This document shows, one piece after another, positions 33,035-41,659 of a stretch of DNA of 53,846 bases; positions within the stretch are counted from its first letter, which is position 1; each line of letters starts with the position of its first letter. The DNA lies in the sequence record PP180005. One strand, written 5' to 3'. This DNA is from Escherichia phage mEp554. The notes beneath the pieces were generated by a model. It ran no database searches, was not told where the DNA came from, and was given only the letters and a program-made list of their open reading frames with translations. The position numbers and the translations under genes were made by a program.

Positions 33035-33406
33035 ATGTTTCGTTTTCGTCGTGTAAATATTGATGGTAAATCCATCACTGAAACCCGCCTCGCTGGTGCT
33101 GAATTAAAACCTGGTGAACTGGTTAAACTGGAAGGCGGTAAATTTGTTAAAGCGACCACAGCAGAAGGCCGCTTGTATATCGTTAACCCTGCTTTCCATG
33201 AAGGCAAAACCATCGCCGATGCCATCGCAACGAATGAAACCGTTGTTGCTGACTACTTTGAAACAGGCCGCGAATTCGCAATGCGTGTTGCACTTGGCAC
33301 TTACACCAAAGATCAGGCCATCCAGGTAAACGAAGTTACTGTCGCGTACTGCCAGGAAGACGTGAAACTGGAAGCTGAAGACTTCATCCGCGTTCGCGTA
33401 GCTTAA
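33035..33406 (+). CDS. Head-associated protein (decoration-like, by position)
   Basis: 123 aa. SD GGGGA. Lies between the scaffold and major capsid genes. Confidence 0.45.
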   Translation: MFRFRRVNIDGKSITETRLAGAELKPGELVKLEGGKFVKATTAEGRLYIVNPAFHEGKTIADAIATNETVVADYFETGREFAMRVALGTYTKDQAIQVNEVTVAYCQEDVKLEAEDFIRVRVA

Positions 33407-33423
33407 TTTAAAAGGGGAAAAAC

Positions 33424-34476
33424 ATGTACTTTACTAAAGAAAACCTCGCTACCAACGCCCGTATGCAGGGCCATTGGAACGAACTGTGGGCGCAACGTAA
33501 TATCTTCAACGCTCAACATGACGCCATGATTGCTGCAAATAAGGCAAACATGACCGCTGAAATGTTGGCCTGCAACGCTGTTGGTGGCTTCGCTCAAGAG
33601 TTCTGGAAAGAAATTGATAACCAGATCATCGAACTGAACACCGAGGAAATCGGTATCGAAATCGTCAACGACCTGATGGGTGTGCAAACCGTACTGCCTA
33701 TCGGTAAAACGCTGAAAATGTACAGCGTATCCGGTGACATCAACGATGAGGTCGTAATGTCTATGGATGGCCAGGCACCGCACGGCTTTGATCACACCGA
33801 ATACGGCAGCGATGGCGACCCGATCCCGATGTTCACCGCTGGCTACGGTGTCAACTGGCGTTTAGCTCATGGCTTAAACACTGTAGGTATTGACCTAGCC
33901 CTGGACAGCCAGCGCCTGAAACTGAAAAAATTCAACAAACGCCGCGTTAAATTCTACCTTGAAGGTAACGAAAACATCGTTGTTGATGGTCATAAAGCTA
34001 TGGGTATTAAAAAACACAAAAACACCCAGCAACTGACTCTGACCGCTGACCTGACAACTGCAAAATTTGACGCACTGATCGACTTCTTCACCATTGGTGA
34101 ATTTGGTGTTCTGGCCCGCAATAACTTCGTTGCTAAATATGATGTGATGTGGGTATCACCTGAAATCATGGCTAACCTGGCCCGCCCGCACATCGTTAAC
34201 GGTGCTGTCGTTGGCAGTGTACTTAATACGGTTATGCCGTTCGCCCCTGTTGGTGAAATCCGTCAGACCTTTGCACTGAAAGGCAACGAAATCATTGCTT
34301 ATCAGCGCCGCCGTGATGTCATCACCCCGCTGATCGGTATGACTACTGGCGTAGTGCCTGTTCCGCGCACCATGCCTACCGATAACTACAATTTCAAAAT
34401 CATGTCTGCCGAAGGTTTACAAATCACCTGCGACATGCTGGGGCGTTCCGGTGTCGTTTACGGTAAAAAATCTTAA
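33424..34476 (+). CDS. Major capsid protein
   Basis: 350 aa. SD GGGGA. Position in the head module, followed by a strong terminator. Confidence 0.75.
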   Translation: MYFTKENLATNARMQGHWNELWAQRNIFNAQHDAMIAANKANMTAEMLACNAVGGFAQEFWKEIDNQIIELNTEEIGIEIVNDLMGVQTVLPIGKTLKMYSVSGDINDEVVMSMDGQAPHGFDHTEYGSDGDPIPMFTAGYGVNWRLAHGLNTVGIDLALDSQRLKLKKFNKRRVKFYLEGNENIVVDGHKAMGIKKHKNTQQLTLTADLTTAKFDALIDFFTIGEFGVLARNNFVAKYDVMWVSPEIMANLARPHIVNGAVVGSVLNTVMPFAPVGEIRQTFALKGNEIIAYQRRRDVITPLIGMTTGVVPVPRTMPTDNYNFKIMSAEGLQITCDMLGRSGVVYGKKS

Positions 34477-34495
34477 TTATAACGTTTCCTGTAAC

Positions 34496-34524
34496 TCCCC
34501 GGCATCACGCCGGGGATTTTTTTT
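34496..34524 (+). terminator. Rho-independent terminator after the major capsid gene
   Basis: TCCCCGGC-ATCAC-GCCGGGGA followed by T8. Confidence 0.85.
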
Positions 34525-34542
34525 GTATGTGGAGAAAACAAA

Positions 34543-34929
34543 ATGGTCACTACAGAACAGGCGCGGGAATATCTTGAAAGCCAGGGTATTGACCTGCCAG
34601 ACGTTATCTTATCTTTGCTGGTGGAGCAGGCAAACAGCGTTAACGAATGCCTTGATGCCAACTATCCGGCCTCCACTGCAACATTGATTCAACTTTACCT
34701 GATTGGCCTGTTAGGACTCACCCAGGCTAATAAATACGTTTCCTCGCATACTGGTACGAACGGCGCAAGCCAGTCATATCGCTATGTTGATTTTAATAAA
34801 AAATGGAAGGCGGCCTATTCGTTGCTTTATTCCCTGGACAAACATCACTGTACAGCAGAACTAATTCCACCAGATCCAGAAAACACAGCACACGCCGGGT
34901 TATGGATAGGTAAAAGCGGGAGGATGTAA
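34543..34929 (+). CDS. Head-tail connector protein candidate (128 aa)
   Basis: SD GGAGA. Position in the module. Confidence 0.5.
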   Translation: MVTTEQAREYLESQGIDLPDVILSLLVEQANSVNECLDANYPASTATLIQLYLIGLLGLTQANKYVSSHTGTNGASQSYRYVDFNKKWKAAYSLLYSLDKHHCTAELIPPDPENTAHAGLWIGKSGRM

Positions 34930-34931
34930 CA

Positions 34932-35117
34932 ATGTGGAATGACCTGACATTACCGGATCCGTTATTACCGAAACTGTTTACCCGTGTATGGGTGAAAACA
35001 GACACAGGGCGACAGGTGGCGGCCTACCTCAATGACGCTGGCGAATGGGTAATTCTCTGCCCGCGCGTGGCGAAAACCCATCCGAAAATTGTTAAATGGA
35101 GTTACGGCTATGAGTAA
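34932..35117 (+). CDS. Hypothetical protein (61 aa)
   Basis: SD GGGAGGA. Confidence 0.55.
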   Translation: MWNDLTLPDPLLPKLFTRVWVKTDTGRQVAAYLNDAGEWVILCPRVAKTHPKIVKWSYGYE

Positions 35118-35478
35118 GATTGCCAGATTCAGCTACAAGGCGTTAGCCACCATTTACCCCGTAACGCGTGACGACTGGACAAACTCCGACGTATACGGTA
35201 CGCCATACCTGGTAGATTGTGCATGGGAGCGTACTGACGGAACCGCAACAGACGCAAACGGGAATGAGGTTAGCAACACGATAACCGTATATACCGAACT
35301 GCTTTACAAGATGCAGCCAGTACAGCGCCCGGAAAAAGGATGGATGATTGCTACTGGCGACACCACTGCTATTGCTGACCCGCTGGCGGCTGGGGCCAAT
35401 TTTATAACCGGGATCGTTGAATGGGACATGAGTATGTTTAACGACACGCCGGATTATAAGATCGTCACAGGAGGTTAA
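35110..35478 (+). CDS. Head-tail adaptor candidate (122 aa)
   Basis: ATG 35110 (SD GGAG). Position in the module. Confidence 0.5.
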   Translation: MSKIARFSYKALATIYPVTRDDWTNSDVYGTPYLVDCAWERTDGTATDANGNEVSNTITVYTELLYKMQPVQRPEKGWMIATGDTTAIADPLAAGANFITGIVEWDMSMFNDTPDYKIVTGG

Positions 35479-35480
35479 TT

Positions 35481-35954
35481 ATGCCACTGAAAGGCGTCAG
35501 ACGCGTCCGTATGAAAATGACGGAAGAAATCAGGAATATAGCAGACAAAAAGACTTATGAAGTGCTGTGGATTGTTGGAAACGTTGCGTCCGGCCTTGCA
35601 TCTGGAATGACGCCAGTTGATACGGGTTTTTTGATTAACAGCATGTACCAGACTGTCGAGAAAAACGGCAACGGCCTTTGCCTAAGGGTTGGATATACCG
35701 CCCGCTATGCTGAATGGGTGCATGACATGCCTGGGACATTAATGGGGCAGCCTCGCGAGCATTTTGGTAAAACCAACAACCTTTCTGATTTCGGCCCGAA
35801 ACAGGTAGTTGAGTTCGGCGGAGGTACTGGGAAAGGTTATTACTGGGATCCTAACGCTGAACCGGAATTTTTGCGCAAGGCGTTCGAGGAACCAGACAAT
35901 TTCAATGAAATCTGGAACACGATAAAACTTGGGTACTGGACGAAACAATCATGA
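35481..35954 (+). CDS. HK97 gp10-like head-tail joining protein
   Basis: 157 aa. SD AGGAGG. Pattern TPVDTGFLINS...YA.WVH recalled for the gp10 family. Confidence 0.55.
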   Translation: MPLKGVRRVRMKMTEEIRNIADKKTYEVLWIVGNVASGLASGMTPVDTGFLINSMYQTVEKNGNGLCLRVGYTARYAEWVHDMPGTLMGQPREHFGKTNNLSDFGPKQVVEFGGGTGKGYYWDPNAEPEFLRKAFEEPDNFNEIWNTIKLGYWTKQS

Positions 35955-36337
35955 AACGCAGCGAAGTATATGACGAAATAAGGGATTGGATTAAGTCCCA
36001 CGGGTACGACGAAGGTTATATTTTGCAGGCCCGTTTCTGGAATGAGCGATCCAATTCTAATAAAGACAGATACATTGTCGTACAGCAAAACGGCGGCGCG
36101 GCGGGAGAAGAGGCAATAACCCGCGACTATTTCCGCATCCTGGTAATTTCAGCGCGTAATGACGCAAATATTAGTGAAGTGGAAGACCTCGCCGATGCAA
36201 TACGGCAAAGTATGATAACCGAATATAAAACTGATAAAATTACACACATGAAGCCAATTGGCGCTATTCCTGCAATGCAGACGAGAGAAGGGCGCTTTAT
36301 TTTCACCGTAGCTTTCCAAACCATCATATCTAGATAA
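35951..36337 (+). CDS. Tail completion / terminator-like protein (128 aa)
   Basis: ATGA coupling. Position before the tail tube gene. Confidence 0.5.
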   Translation: MKRSEVYDEIRDWIKSHGYDEGYILQARFWNERSNSNKDRYIVVQQNGGAAGEEAITRDYFRILVISARNDANISEVEDLADAIRQSMITEYKTDKITHMKPIGAIPAMQTREGRFIFTVAFQTIISR

Positions 36338-36350
36338 GAGGTAACTAAAC

Positions 36351-36827
36351 ATGTCTCAGACTTGTGAAAAAGGTTCGTTCTTAGGCCGTGACGTTGCCGT
36401 ATTTTACGCTATCGCCTGCCCTAATGCGAAACCTAATGATGAAGCCTATAAAGCGTTAGGCATGATGCGTGGCAAATCTCTTTCCGTAGAATGGGAAACC
36501 GCAGACGCCACCGCTGATAAATCAGCAGACTACACCAAAGAATCATTGGTGACTTACAAATCTGTTGCATTCTCCGGCGACGGCGTATCCCGCACCGAAG
36601 AGATCCACAACCAGAAAGCACTTAAACGCCACGTTATTAACCCTGGCGAAACAACTGGTGCGCAGCCTTACGTTTGGTTGAAACTCGTTTCCCCGCTTGA
36701 TGTAACAGAGGGTCCGTTCCTTTGCACTTCCTTTAAGGAAGAAGATCCGCACGACGATGTGTCCACCTGGTCAATTGAGTGCGAAAGCGCTGGCAAGGTC
36801 ACAGTAGGTGACGTTCCGTCATTGTAA
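36351..36827 (+). CDS. Major tail tube protein
   Basis: 158 aa. SD GAGGT. Position, followed by a terminator. Confidence 0.65.
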   Translation: MSQTCEKGSFLGRDVAVFYAIACPNAKPNDEAYKALGMMRGKSLSVEWETADATADKSADYTKESLVTYKSVAFSGDGVSRTEEIHNQKALKRHVINPGETTGAQPYVWLKLVSPLDVTEGPFLCTSFKEEDPHDDVSTWSIECESAGKVTVGDVPSL

Positions 36828-36844
36828 CAGTAAATATTGACATC

Positions 36845-36869
36845 GGGGCCGCTTGGCCCCTTTATTTTT
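36845..36869 (+). terminator. Rho-independent terminator after the tail tube gene
   Basis: GGGGCC-GCTT-GGCCCC followed by TTTATTTTT. Confidence 0.8.
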
Positions 36870-36881
36870 AAGGTGACAACT

Positions 36882-37562
36882 ATGATTCACGTTCGAACAG
36901 GACAGTTTGCGGTTGTGGTTGATGGCAGACGTTACGAATTTAATCCCTGCTTTGCTGCAATGGCTAAGATCGGCAGTGACAGGGAACTGGTCGAATATTT
37001 CGCAACGGTTCACGGCGGCAGATACCCACGACGTTTGCCAATGGATACAGACCTCCGCAATCGCATTCTGGCGCGTTGTTATGGTGGACTGGTGCAAACG
37101 TCCATCCACATATTGAAATGTTGCTCAGAATGCGAAATAGGCCAGTTATTGGGCGAATGTAGCTTTACTCCTTCGGGTAAGTTGAGACTGAAACCTGGAT
37201 TGATGCCCACCAGCGACGTTATCACACTTGCGCAGCACTGCATGTTTCACGGTTTAATTGGTGACGGTCCAGAAGAAGACACGGGCGAAAACCAGGATGG
37301 CGAGTACAAGCCCACATTCGACATCCTTGAGTATGTTTATTCTGCCGTTGCTCACCTGGGATTGTCTGAGTCTGAAGCGTGGGGCATGACAATGACCGGA
37401 TACAGGGCCGCAGTACGCGCTAAAACGCCGCCAGACGAAAGAAACGAGAAACGTAAGCCAAACGTTCAGATAAATAAACGTGATTATGATGAGCAAATGG
37501 AGGCCGCTAAGAGGGTGCTGGAATTGATGAAAAAACGCGAGCAAGAAAAAGCCCGGAATTAA
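36882..37562 (+). CDS. Tail assembly chaperone (single 226-aa ORF; no separate G/GT pair seen)
   Basis: ATG 36882 (SD GGTGA). Lies between the tube and tape measure genes. SESEAWGMTMTGYRA motif is typical of tail assembly chaperones (recalled). Confidence 0.55.
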   Translation: MIHVRTGQFAVVVDGRRYEFNPCFAAMAKIGSDRELVEYFATVHGGRYPRRLPMDTDLRNRILARCYGGLVQTSIHILKCCSECEIGQLLGECSFTPSGKLRLKPGLMPTSDVITLAQHCMFHGLIGDGPEEDTGENQDGEYKPTFDILEYVYSAVAHLGLSESEAWGMTMTGYRAAVRAKTPPDERNEKRKPNVQINKRDYDEQMEAAKRVLELMKKREQEKARN

Positions 37563-37568
37563 CCGGGC
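37551..37568. terminator. Bidirectional hairpin terminator
   Basis: GCCCGG-AATTAA-CCGGGC with T-rich runs on both sides. Separates convergent genes. Confidence 0.65.
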
Positions 37569-37576
37569 CTTTATCT

Positions 37577-37891
37577 TTACTTGTATGCTGCGAATCGGCA
37601 TCTTGCTTCATCCAGGTCATGAACATCGTACACGTTATCGTAAATGTAAGTTGCTACCTGTGCTTTCTGTACGTCAGTTGCGTTCGGGAACTCCATGCTT
37701 ACGAAAGTCACTGCATCAACGTAGTGTTTGAACATCTTTTTGTTAACGCACAGTGCGTAAATCAATACGGCAGGCCAGCAAATCAGCGCGCCAAAGAATG
37801 CCATGAGCATATTCAGATGTTTTTTCTGAGCTACAACCATAGTTGCGACGAATCCGATGAAGCAAATTACCAGTTCCATGATGCACCCCAT
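37577..37891 (-). CDS. Moron membrane protein, 2 TM plus soluble C-terminal domain (100-104 aa)
   Basis: ORF track. Alternative start ATG 37879 (SD GGGGTG). Confidence 0.6.
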   Translation of the reverse strand: MGCIMELVICFIGFVATMVVAQKKHLNMLMAFFGALICWPAVLIYALCVNKKMFKHYVDAVTFVSMEFPNATDVQKAQVATYIYDNVYDVHDLDEARCRFAAYK

Positions 37892-37998
37892 TAATTACGT
37901 TTATCTTCGGTTGTCATTGCCAGCACTAGCACAGCCATCACATTAAATGCTAACCATGCTGTAATATATACATCTATAACCGTTTTGATTGTGTCCAT
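37891..37998 (-). CDS. 35-aa TM micro-ORF (MDTIKTVIDVYITAWLAFNVMAVLVLAMTTEDKRN)
   Basis: TAATG coupling to the downstream gene. Confidence 0.45.
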   Translation of the reverse strand: MDTIKTVIDVYITAWLAFNVMAVLVLAMTTEDKRN

Positions 37999-38011
37999 TT
38001 ACCCGCCACGC

Positions 38012-38098
38012 TTATTTCTTGTTTTTAAGTGCTTTCAACATTTTTTCGATGAAATCGGCATAACGCTCATGCTCGTTTGGTCGGTAGTAGTTTTTCAT
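38012..38098 (-). CDS. 28-aa micro-ORF (MKNYYRPNEHERYADFIEKMLKALKNKK)
   Basis: SD GAGGA 6 nt upstream. Confidence 0.4.
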   Translation of the reverse strand: MKNYYRPNEHERYADFIEKMLKALKNKK

Positions 38099-38176
38099 TT
38101 TCTTATCCTCTTTTGCTTCCTCCGGTTAATCCGGCCTTCTAAATCCCTTTACTCTATCCCTTTCCTTTAGCCTCTT

Positions 38177-38236
38177 TATACAAAATGTATTCGTTGAAGT
38201 GAAGCCATTTTGTATAAAATAGAGATCAGGATCACA
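38177..38236. promoter_or_regulatory. Divergent regulatory region: inverted pair TATACAAAATGT (38177-38188) / CCATTTTGTATA (38205-38216), -10-like TATAAA (38213-38218), degenerate palindrome AGAGATCAGGATCACA (38221-38236)
   Basis: Read directly. Lies between the minus-strand moron cassette and the tape measure gene. Confidence 0.5.
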
Positions 38237-38255
38237 CTTTTTACGAGGTTAAATC

Positions 38256-40604
38256 ATGGCTACCAGTTTAGGTACAATTTATTACGAAGTTGATGCAAAA
38301 ACTGGTCAACTTCTAGTCGCTCAGAGACAGGCGGACCAGGCTTTTGACAGTATCGAGCGTGGCGCAAAACGCGCTGACCGCCAGGTGAACACGCTTAAGA
38401 CTTCAATCAAAGCACTATCCAGGGTCATTCATCTGTTACTTGCTGCGGAGGCTGTGCGCCAGTTTATTGACATGGCGGAGCAAGCAAAAATGCTTCGCGT
38501 AAAAATCAAATTGCTTACAGGTGAAGCGGAGGCAACGGAACGCGTTTTCAACAGACTGAAAGAAATATCAAAAGAAACAGGGCAAAGCCTCAAGGATACT
38601 GGCGACCTGTGGCAAGGGCTTGCTATATCGCTAAAAAACACATCCGCTACTGAAGGCCAGGTCCTCAACCTGGTTAGCACGCTGCAAAAACTCGGCAACC
38701 TGGGCGGCGTGTCTGCGGAACAACTATCAAACTCCATGCGCCAGTTCCGCCAGGCTATTGATGCTGGCGTGTTGCAGGCTGAAGAATTTAACTCAATCCG
38801 TGACAACACCCCAACAATCATACAGGAAATGGCACGCCAAATGGGGTTGTCTATGGGGCAGTTCCGCGCTGAAATGCTGGACGGCAAGATCACGGCTGAA
38901 AGGATGCTCAACGCGATCCAGGCCGCCACGCAGGAAACGAACGAGAAGTTCGCACAGTTGCCGCGCACATCCGGCATGGCCTTCAACGAGCTTAAAGTTG
39001 AGGTTATGGGACTTGTCGAACAGCTAGACGATCTTTTCGGCATATCAGATGGCGTTGTGTCGGCAATAGACTTAATCACTGGTGGCGTTGAGGGATTAGG
39101 TAAAGGCGCAAAATTCGCCGCAACATGTTTCAATACACTAAAAACGGCTGGCAGCGAATTTATCGACATGTTTGATGATGTTGCTGTTAAGGCTGGCGAG
39201 GTGGCGGAAGAGATTATCAGGATGGTAACGCCAATCAAGGCGCTAATGGATGGCTACAAATGGATGAAGGAAATCATTGACAAGCGCAAGGAAGAGCTAA
39301 ATAGCAACAACGAGAAGAAATTTGGCCCTACAGTTGGTAAGGTCATGACGTTTGCAAACGACATTAAAAACGCAACTGCCGCCTATGATGAGTTCATGGA
39401 GAAACAGGGTGAGGCTGACGATGGTAAGATCACGGGATTCGATCAGCCAGTTGGTAAACCGAAAAAAGGTAAAAAGGGCAAAAAAGACAAGAAATCTGAA
39501 GCTGATCGGCTTGGTGATGAAGGTATAAAAGTCTCTGACCAGTACAACAAAGACGCCGCCGCTATGCGTAAAGCACTGGAGAACGGCAAGGCCATTGACG
39601 CCGCATTTGCCCAGGGAAAAATAACCCTCCTTGAGTACAAGGCCGCGCAGAAAGGTATAGGCAAGGAACTGAAGGACGAATTGGCGCAAATCCCTGTTGA
39701 TGAGCTACGCGACAAATGGGACCACATAGTTAGCCCAATGGACCAGCTTAAGGGCGAAATTGACCCAATCAAACAGGCGCAAAATGAATGGGCCGTAAGA
39801 AAGCAAATGCTATTGGACCTGGGCGCTACAGAGGCGCAACAGAGACAGGCGCAATTGGAATACGAACAACAGATCCGGGATCTGAAGTGGGAGCAATGGC
39901 AGGCGCAAAGCGAAACAAACGGACTGATCGGCGCTTGCGTCAGCGGCCTGAAAGGTGGCATGGGCAATGCCCTTACAGGACTGTTAAACGGTACTCAATC
40001 ATTAAGCGAGGTTTTTGCCAACCTGGGAAGTAGCATACTTAACACCGTTGGCAACAAACTATCAGAAATTGCCGCTAACTGGATAGCAGATCAGTTAATG
40101 ATGGAAACACAAAGCAAGGCCACGCAAGCAAGTACCACGGCAGGCGCGGTAGCGGCACAAGGCCAGATTGCAGCGGCGGCGGCCCCGGCAGCGGCGGCTA
40201 CGGCTGCGTCAACTGGTGGTAGCTGGGCGGCGGCTGGTGCTGCGGCGCTTTCTGCGATCATGTCGCTGGCAACGTCAATCTTTGGTGGCGGGCGTTATAA
40301 TGGTGGTTCTGTTAATGGTGGTAGCCTGTATCGAGTAGGGGAACACGGAATACCTGAGCTATTCCAGACGAGCAACGGGCGTCAGTATATGATTCCTGGC
40401 GAAAATGGTAGGGTAATTCCTGGCCGCGATCTCTTCAATGGTGGCGGCATCAATATGCCTGTGCAAATCACAGTTCAGACCACAAACGGATTTAGCGACG
40501 AAGATAGCCGCAGACTTGAGCAGACGATGGAGCGCGTAGCAATGAAAATGATGGCAAGGGAATCGCAACGACCGGGAGGAATGTTGCAACCGCGCCGCAA
40601 ATAA
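38256..40604 (+). CDS. Tail tape measure protein
   Basis: 782 aa, helical and Ala-rich with a Gly/Ala-rich hydrophobic segment near the C-terminus. Position in the tail module. Confidence 0.85.
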   Translation: MATSLGTIYYEVDAKTGQLLVAQRQADQAFDSIERGAKRADRQVNTLKTSIKALSRVIHLLLAAEAVRQFIDMAEQAKMLRVKIKLLTGEAEATERVFNRLKEISKETGQSLKDTGDLWQGLAISLKNTSATEGQVLNLVSTLQKLGNLGGVSAEQLSNSMRQFRQAIDAGVLQAEEFNSIRDNTPTIIQEMARQMGLSMGQFRAEMLDGKITAERMLNAIQAATQETNEKFAQLPRTSGMAFNELKVEVMGLVEQLDDLFGISDGVVSAIDLITGGVEGLGKGAKFAATCFNTLKTAGSEFIDMFDDVAVKAGEVAEEIIRMVTPIKALMDGYKWMKEIIDKRKEELNSNNEKKFGPTVGKVMTFANDIKNATAAYDEFMEKQGEADDGKITGFDQPVGKPKKGKKGKKDKKSEADRLGDEGIKVSDQYNKDAAAMRKALENGKAIDAAFAQGKITLLEYKAAQKGIGKELKDELAQIPVDELRDKWDHIVSPMDQLKGEIDPIKQAQNEWAVRKQMLLDLGATEAQQRQAQLEYEQQIRDLKWEQWQAQSETNGLIGACVSGLKGGMGNALTGLLNGTQSLSEVFANLGSSILNTVGNKLSEIAANWIADQLMMETQSKATQASTTAGAVAAQGQIAAAAAPAAAATAASTGGSWAAAGAAALSAIMSLATSIFGGGRYNGGSVNGGSLYRVGEHGIPELFQTSNGRQYMIPGENGRVIPGRDLFNGGGINMPVQITVQTTNGFSDEDSRRLEQTMERVAMKMMARESQRPGGMLQPRRK

Positions 40605-40608
40605 ACAA

Positions 40609-40638
40609 AACCCCGGTACAATGCCGGGGTTATCTTTT
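40609..40638. terminator. Bidirectional rho-independent terminator
   Basis: AACCCCGG-TACAATG-CCGGGGTT with T-rich flanks on both strands. Confidence 0.8.
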
Positions 40639-40813
40639 AGTTATTCTCAAATCTTGTATATCCTCTCTCAATTTTCCCTCCGTGTACACTTCTGGCAAAT
40701 ACCGCGTCAGTATACCTGAAAAATGGACATGTATATGTATCCCCTTTGCTATCCATATATTTTAGCACCCATGCCATACGTTTTACATTGCTTTTATTTG
40801 CCGGGTTTTTCAT
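40637..40813 (-). CDS. 58-aa micro-ORF (MKNPANKSNVKRMAWVLKYMDSKGDTYTCPFFRYTDAVFARSVHGGKIERGYTRFENN)
   Basis: Consensus SD GGAGG. Last gene of the moron operon. Confidence 0.55.
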   Translation of the reverse strand: MKNPANKSNVKRMAWVLKYMDSKGDTYTCPFFRYTDAVFARSVHGGKIERGYTRFENN

Positions 40814-40831
40814 TTTATTTTCCTCCGCAAA

Positions 40832-40924
40832 TCACAACCTGCCGTTTCTTGCTATGTAGCTGCGAGCAAACATCACCTGCCAGATGTTCCAGATCTCCCG
40901 CCACGTAAATTCATCATCTTCCAT
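40832..40924 (-). CDS. 30-aa micro-ORF (MEDDEFTWREIWNIWQVMFARSYIARNGRL)
   Basis: Overlaps the upstream ORF end by 11 nt. Weak evidence. Confidence 0.3.
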   Translation of the reverse strand: MEDDEFTWREIWNIWQVMFARSYIARNGRL

Positions 40925-41063
40925 ATCTCACACCATCGCGCTTGTATGGTTCGCCATCAGCAAACGGGATTAACTCATCGTTTGCCACCATTCGATTGAA
41001 CCAGTCTTTCAGAGCAACCAGGGAGAACCGGATCCCGTAACTGTGCAATTCGCGCCACCTCAT
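40914..41063 (-). CDS. 49-aa micro-ORF (MRWRELHSYGIRFSLVALKDWFNRMVANDELIPFADGEPYKRDGVRYGR)
   Basis: ATGA overlap with the stop of the 84-aa gene. Confidence 0.45.
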   Translation of the reverse strand: MRWRELHSYGIRFSLVALKDWFNRMVANDELIPFADGEPYKRDGVRYGR

Positions 41064-41314
41064 TTATGTGCCCCTTTCACTCCACAATGTCGGTTGTATT
41101 CAAGGTGGTCAATAATTAGCCAAACCTTCAAATCTTCACTGAACAGCCGCCAATCAGGGTTTATGTCCATCTTGTAACCGTAACCATCGCGTAACTTTTT
41201 GGGGTAAACCTCTTTTTTAAGAAAAGCATCAAGTAATTGTTTTCCTTTCTTGATGATCCGTTCTTGGGCGTTTTTCTGTGCTTTCAGGTTTTTGCCAATC
41301 ATTACCAATTTCAT
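41060..41314 (-). CDS. 84-aa protein, possibly a RelE/YoeB-superfamily toxin fold
   Basis: ORF track. Loose resemblance to YoeB/RelE (RIIKKGKQLLDAFLKK ... WRLFSEDLKVWLIIDHLEYNRH). Not verified. Confidence 0.6.
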   Translation of the reverse strand: MKLVMIGKNLKAQKNAQERIIKKGKQLLDAFLKKEVYPKKLRDGYGYKMDINPDWRLFSEDLKVWLIIDHLEYNRHCGVKGAHK

Positions 41315-41334
41315 AACTCACCCCACGCAATCAA

Positions 41335-41490
41335 TCAGTTGACCACTTTCAGGAAGAAATCACGGTATTCATCTTCTTTTGCATTCATCATGAATTGACC
41401 GTATTTGAACGCATCATCAAAACCCTTCACAATCGCAACTTCCACCTGTTCGAATGCTTTGTTTAGCATTACCACTACATAGCGTTCCAT
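41335..41490 (-). CDS. 51-aa protein (MERYVVVMLNKAFEQVEVAIVKGFDDAFKYGQFMMNAKEDEYRDFFLKVVN), first gene of the moron operon
   Basis: ATG 41490 with SD AAGGGGG. The ORF-track version (to 41661) lacks an SD. Confidence 0.5.
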   Translation of the reverse strand: MERYVVVMLNKAFEQVEVAIVKGFDDAFKYGQFMMNAKEDEYRDFFLKVVN

Positions 41491-41561
41491 ATTGGCCCCC
41501 TTTGTTGGTACTGCTTTCTCTTCTTGCTTTCTGTATACATCTTGTTGCGTCCTGTGTGAAG

Positions 41562-41584
41562 CCATTTCGTAAACTGGGTATAAT
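41562..41584 (+). promoter_or_regulatory. Candidate promoter for the distal tail genes: 12-mer variant CCATTTCGTAAA (41562-41573) with -10 options TAAACT (41570-41575) or TATAAT (41579-41584)
   Basis: Read directly. GTGAAGCCATTT is shared with the tape-measure upstream region. Confidence 0.45.
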
Positions 41585-41659
41585 TCTTGTGACGAAGTTC
41601 TCATTTTTCGCGTAGAAGCGCGTAAAGATGTATGCAATATGTAACTTATAGGGGGAATC

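Noticed and set aside
36882-37562. Programmed -1 frameshift (G/GT type) in the tail chaperone gene
   Set aside because: I found no slippery heptamer in the central part and no overlapping downstream frame. The ORF is continuous, so no frameshift call is supported.
38429-39238. 269-aa minus-strand ORF, with 39443-39967 (174 aa) and 39297-39689
   Set aside because: Entirely antisense to the tape measure gene, with no SD, and low-complexity Ser/Ala/Pro-rich products. Typical shadow ORFs of a long biased gene.
40723-40908. 61-aa plus-strand ORF
   Set aside because: Antisense to the SD-supported minus-strand micro-ORFs of the moron operon. It starts downstream of a terminator with no SD.
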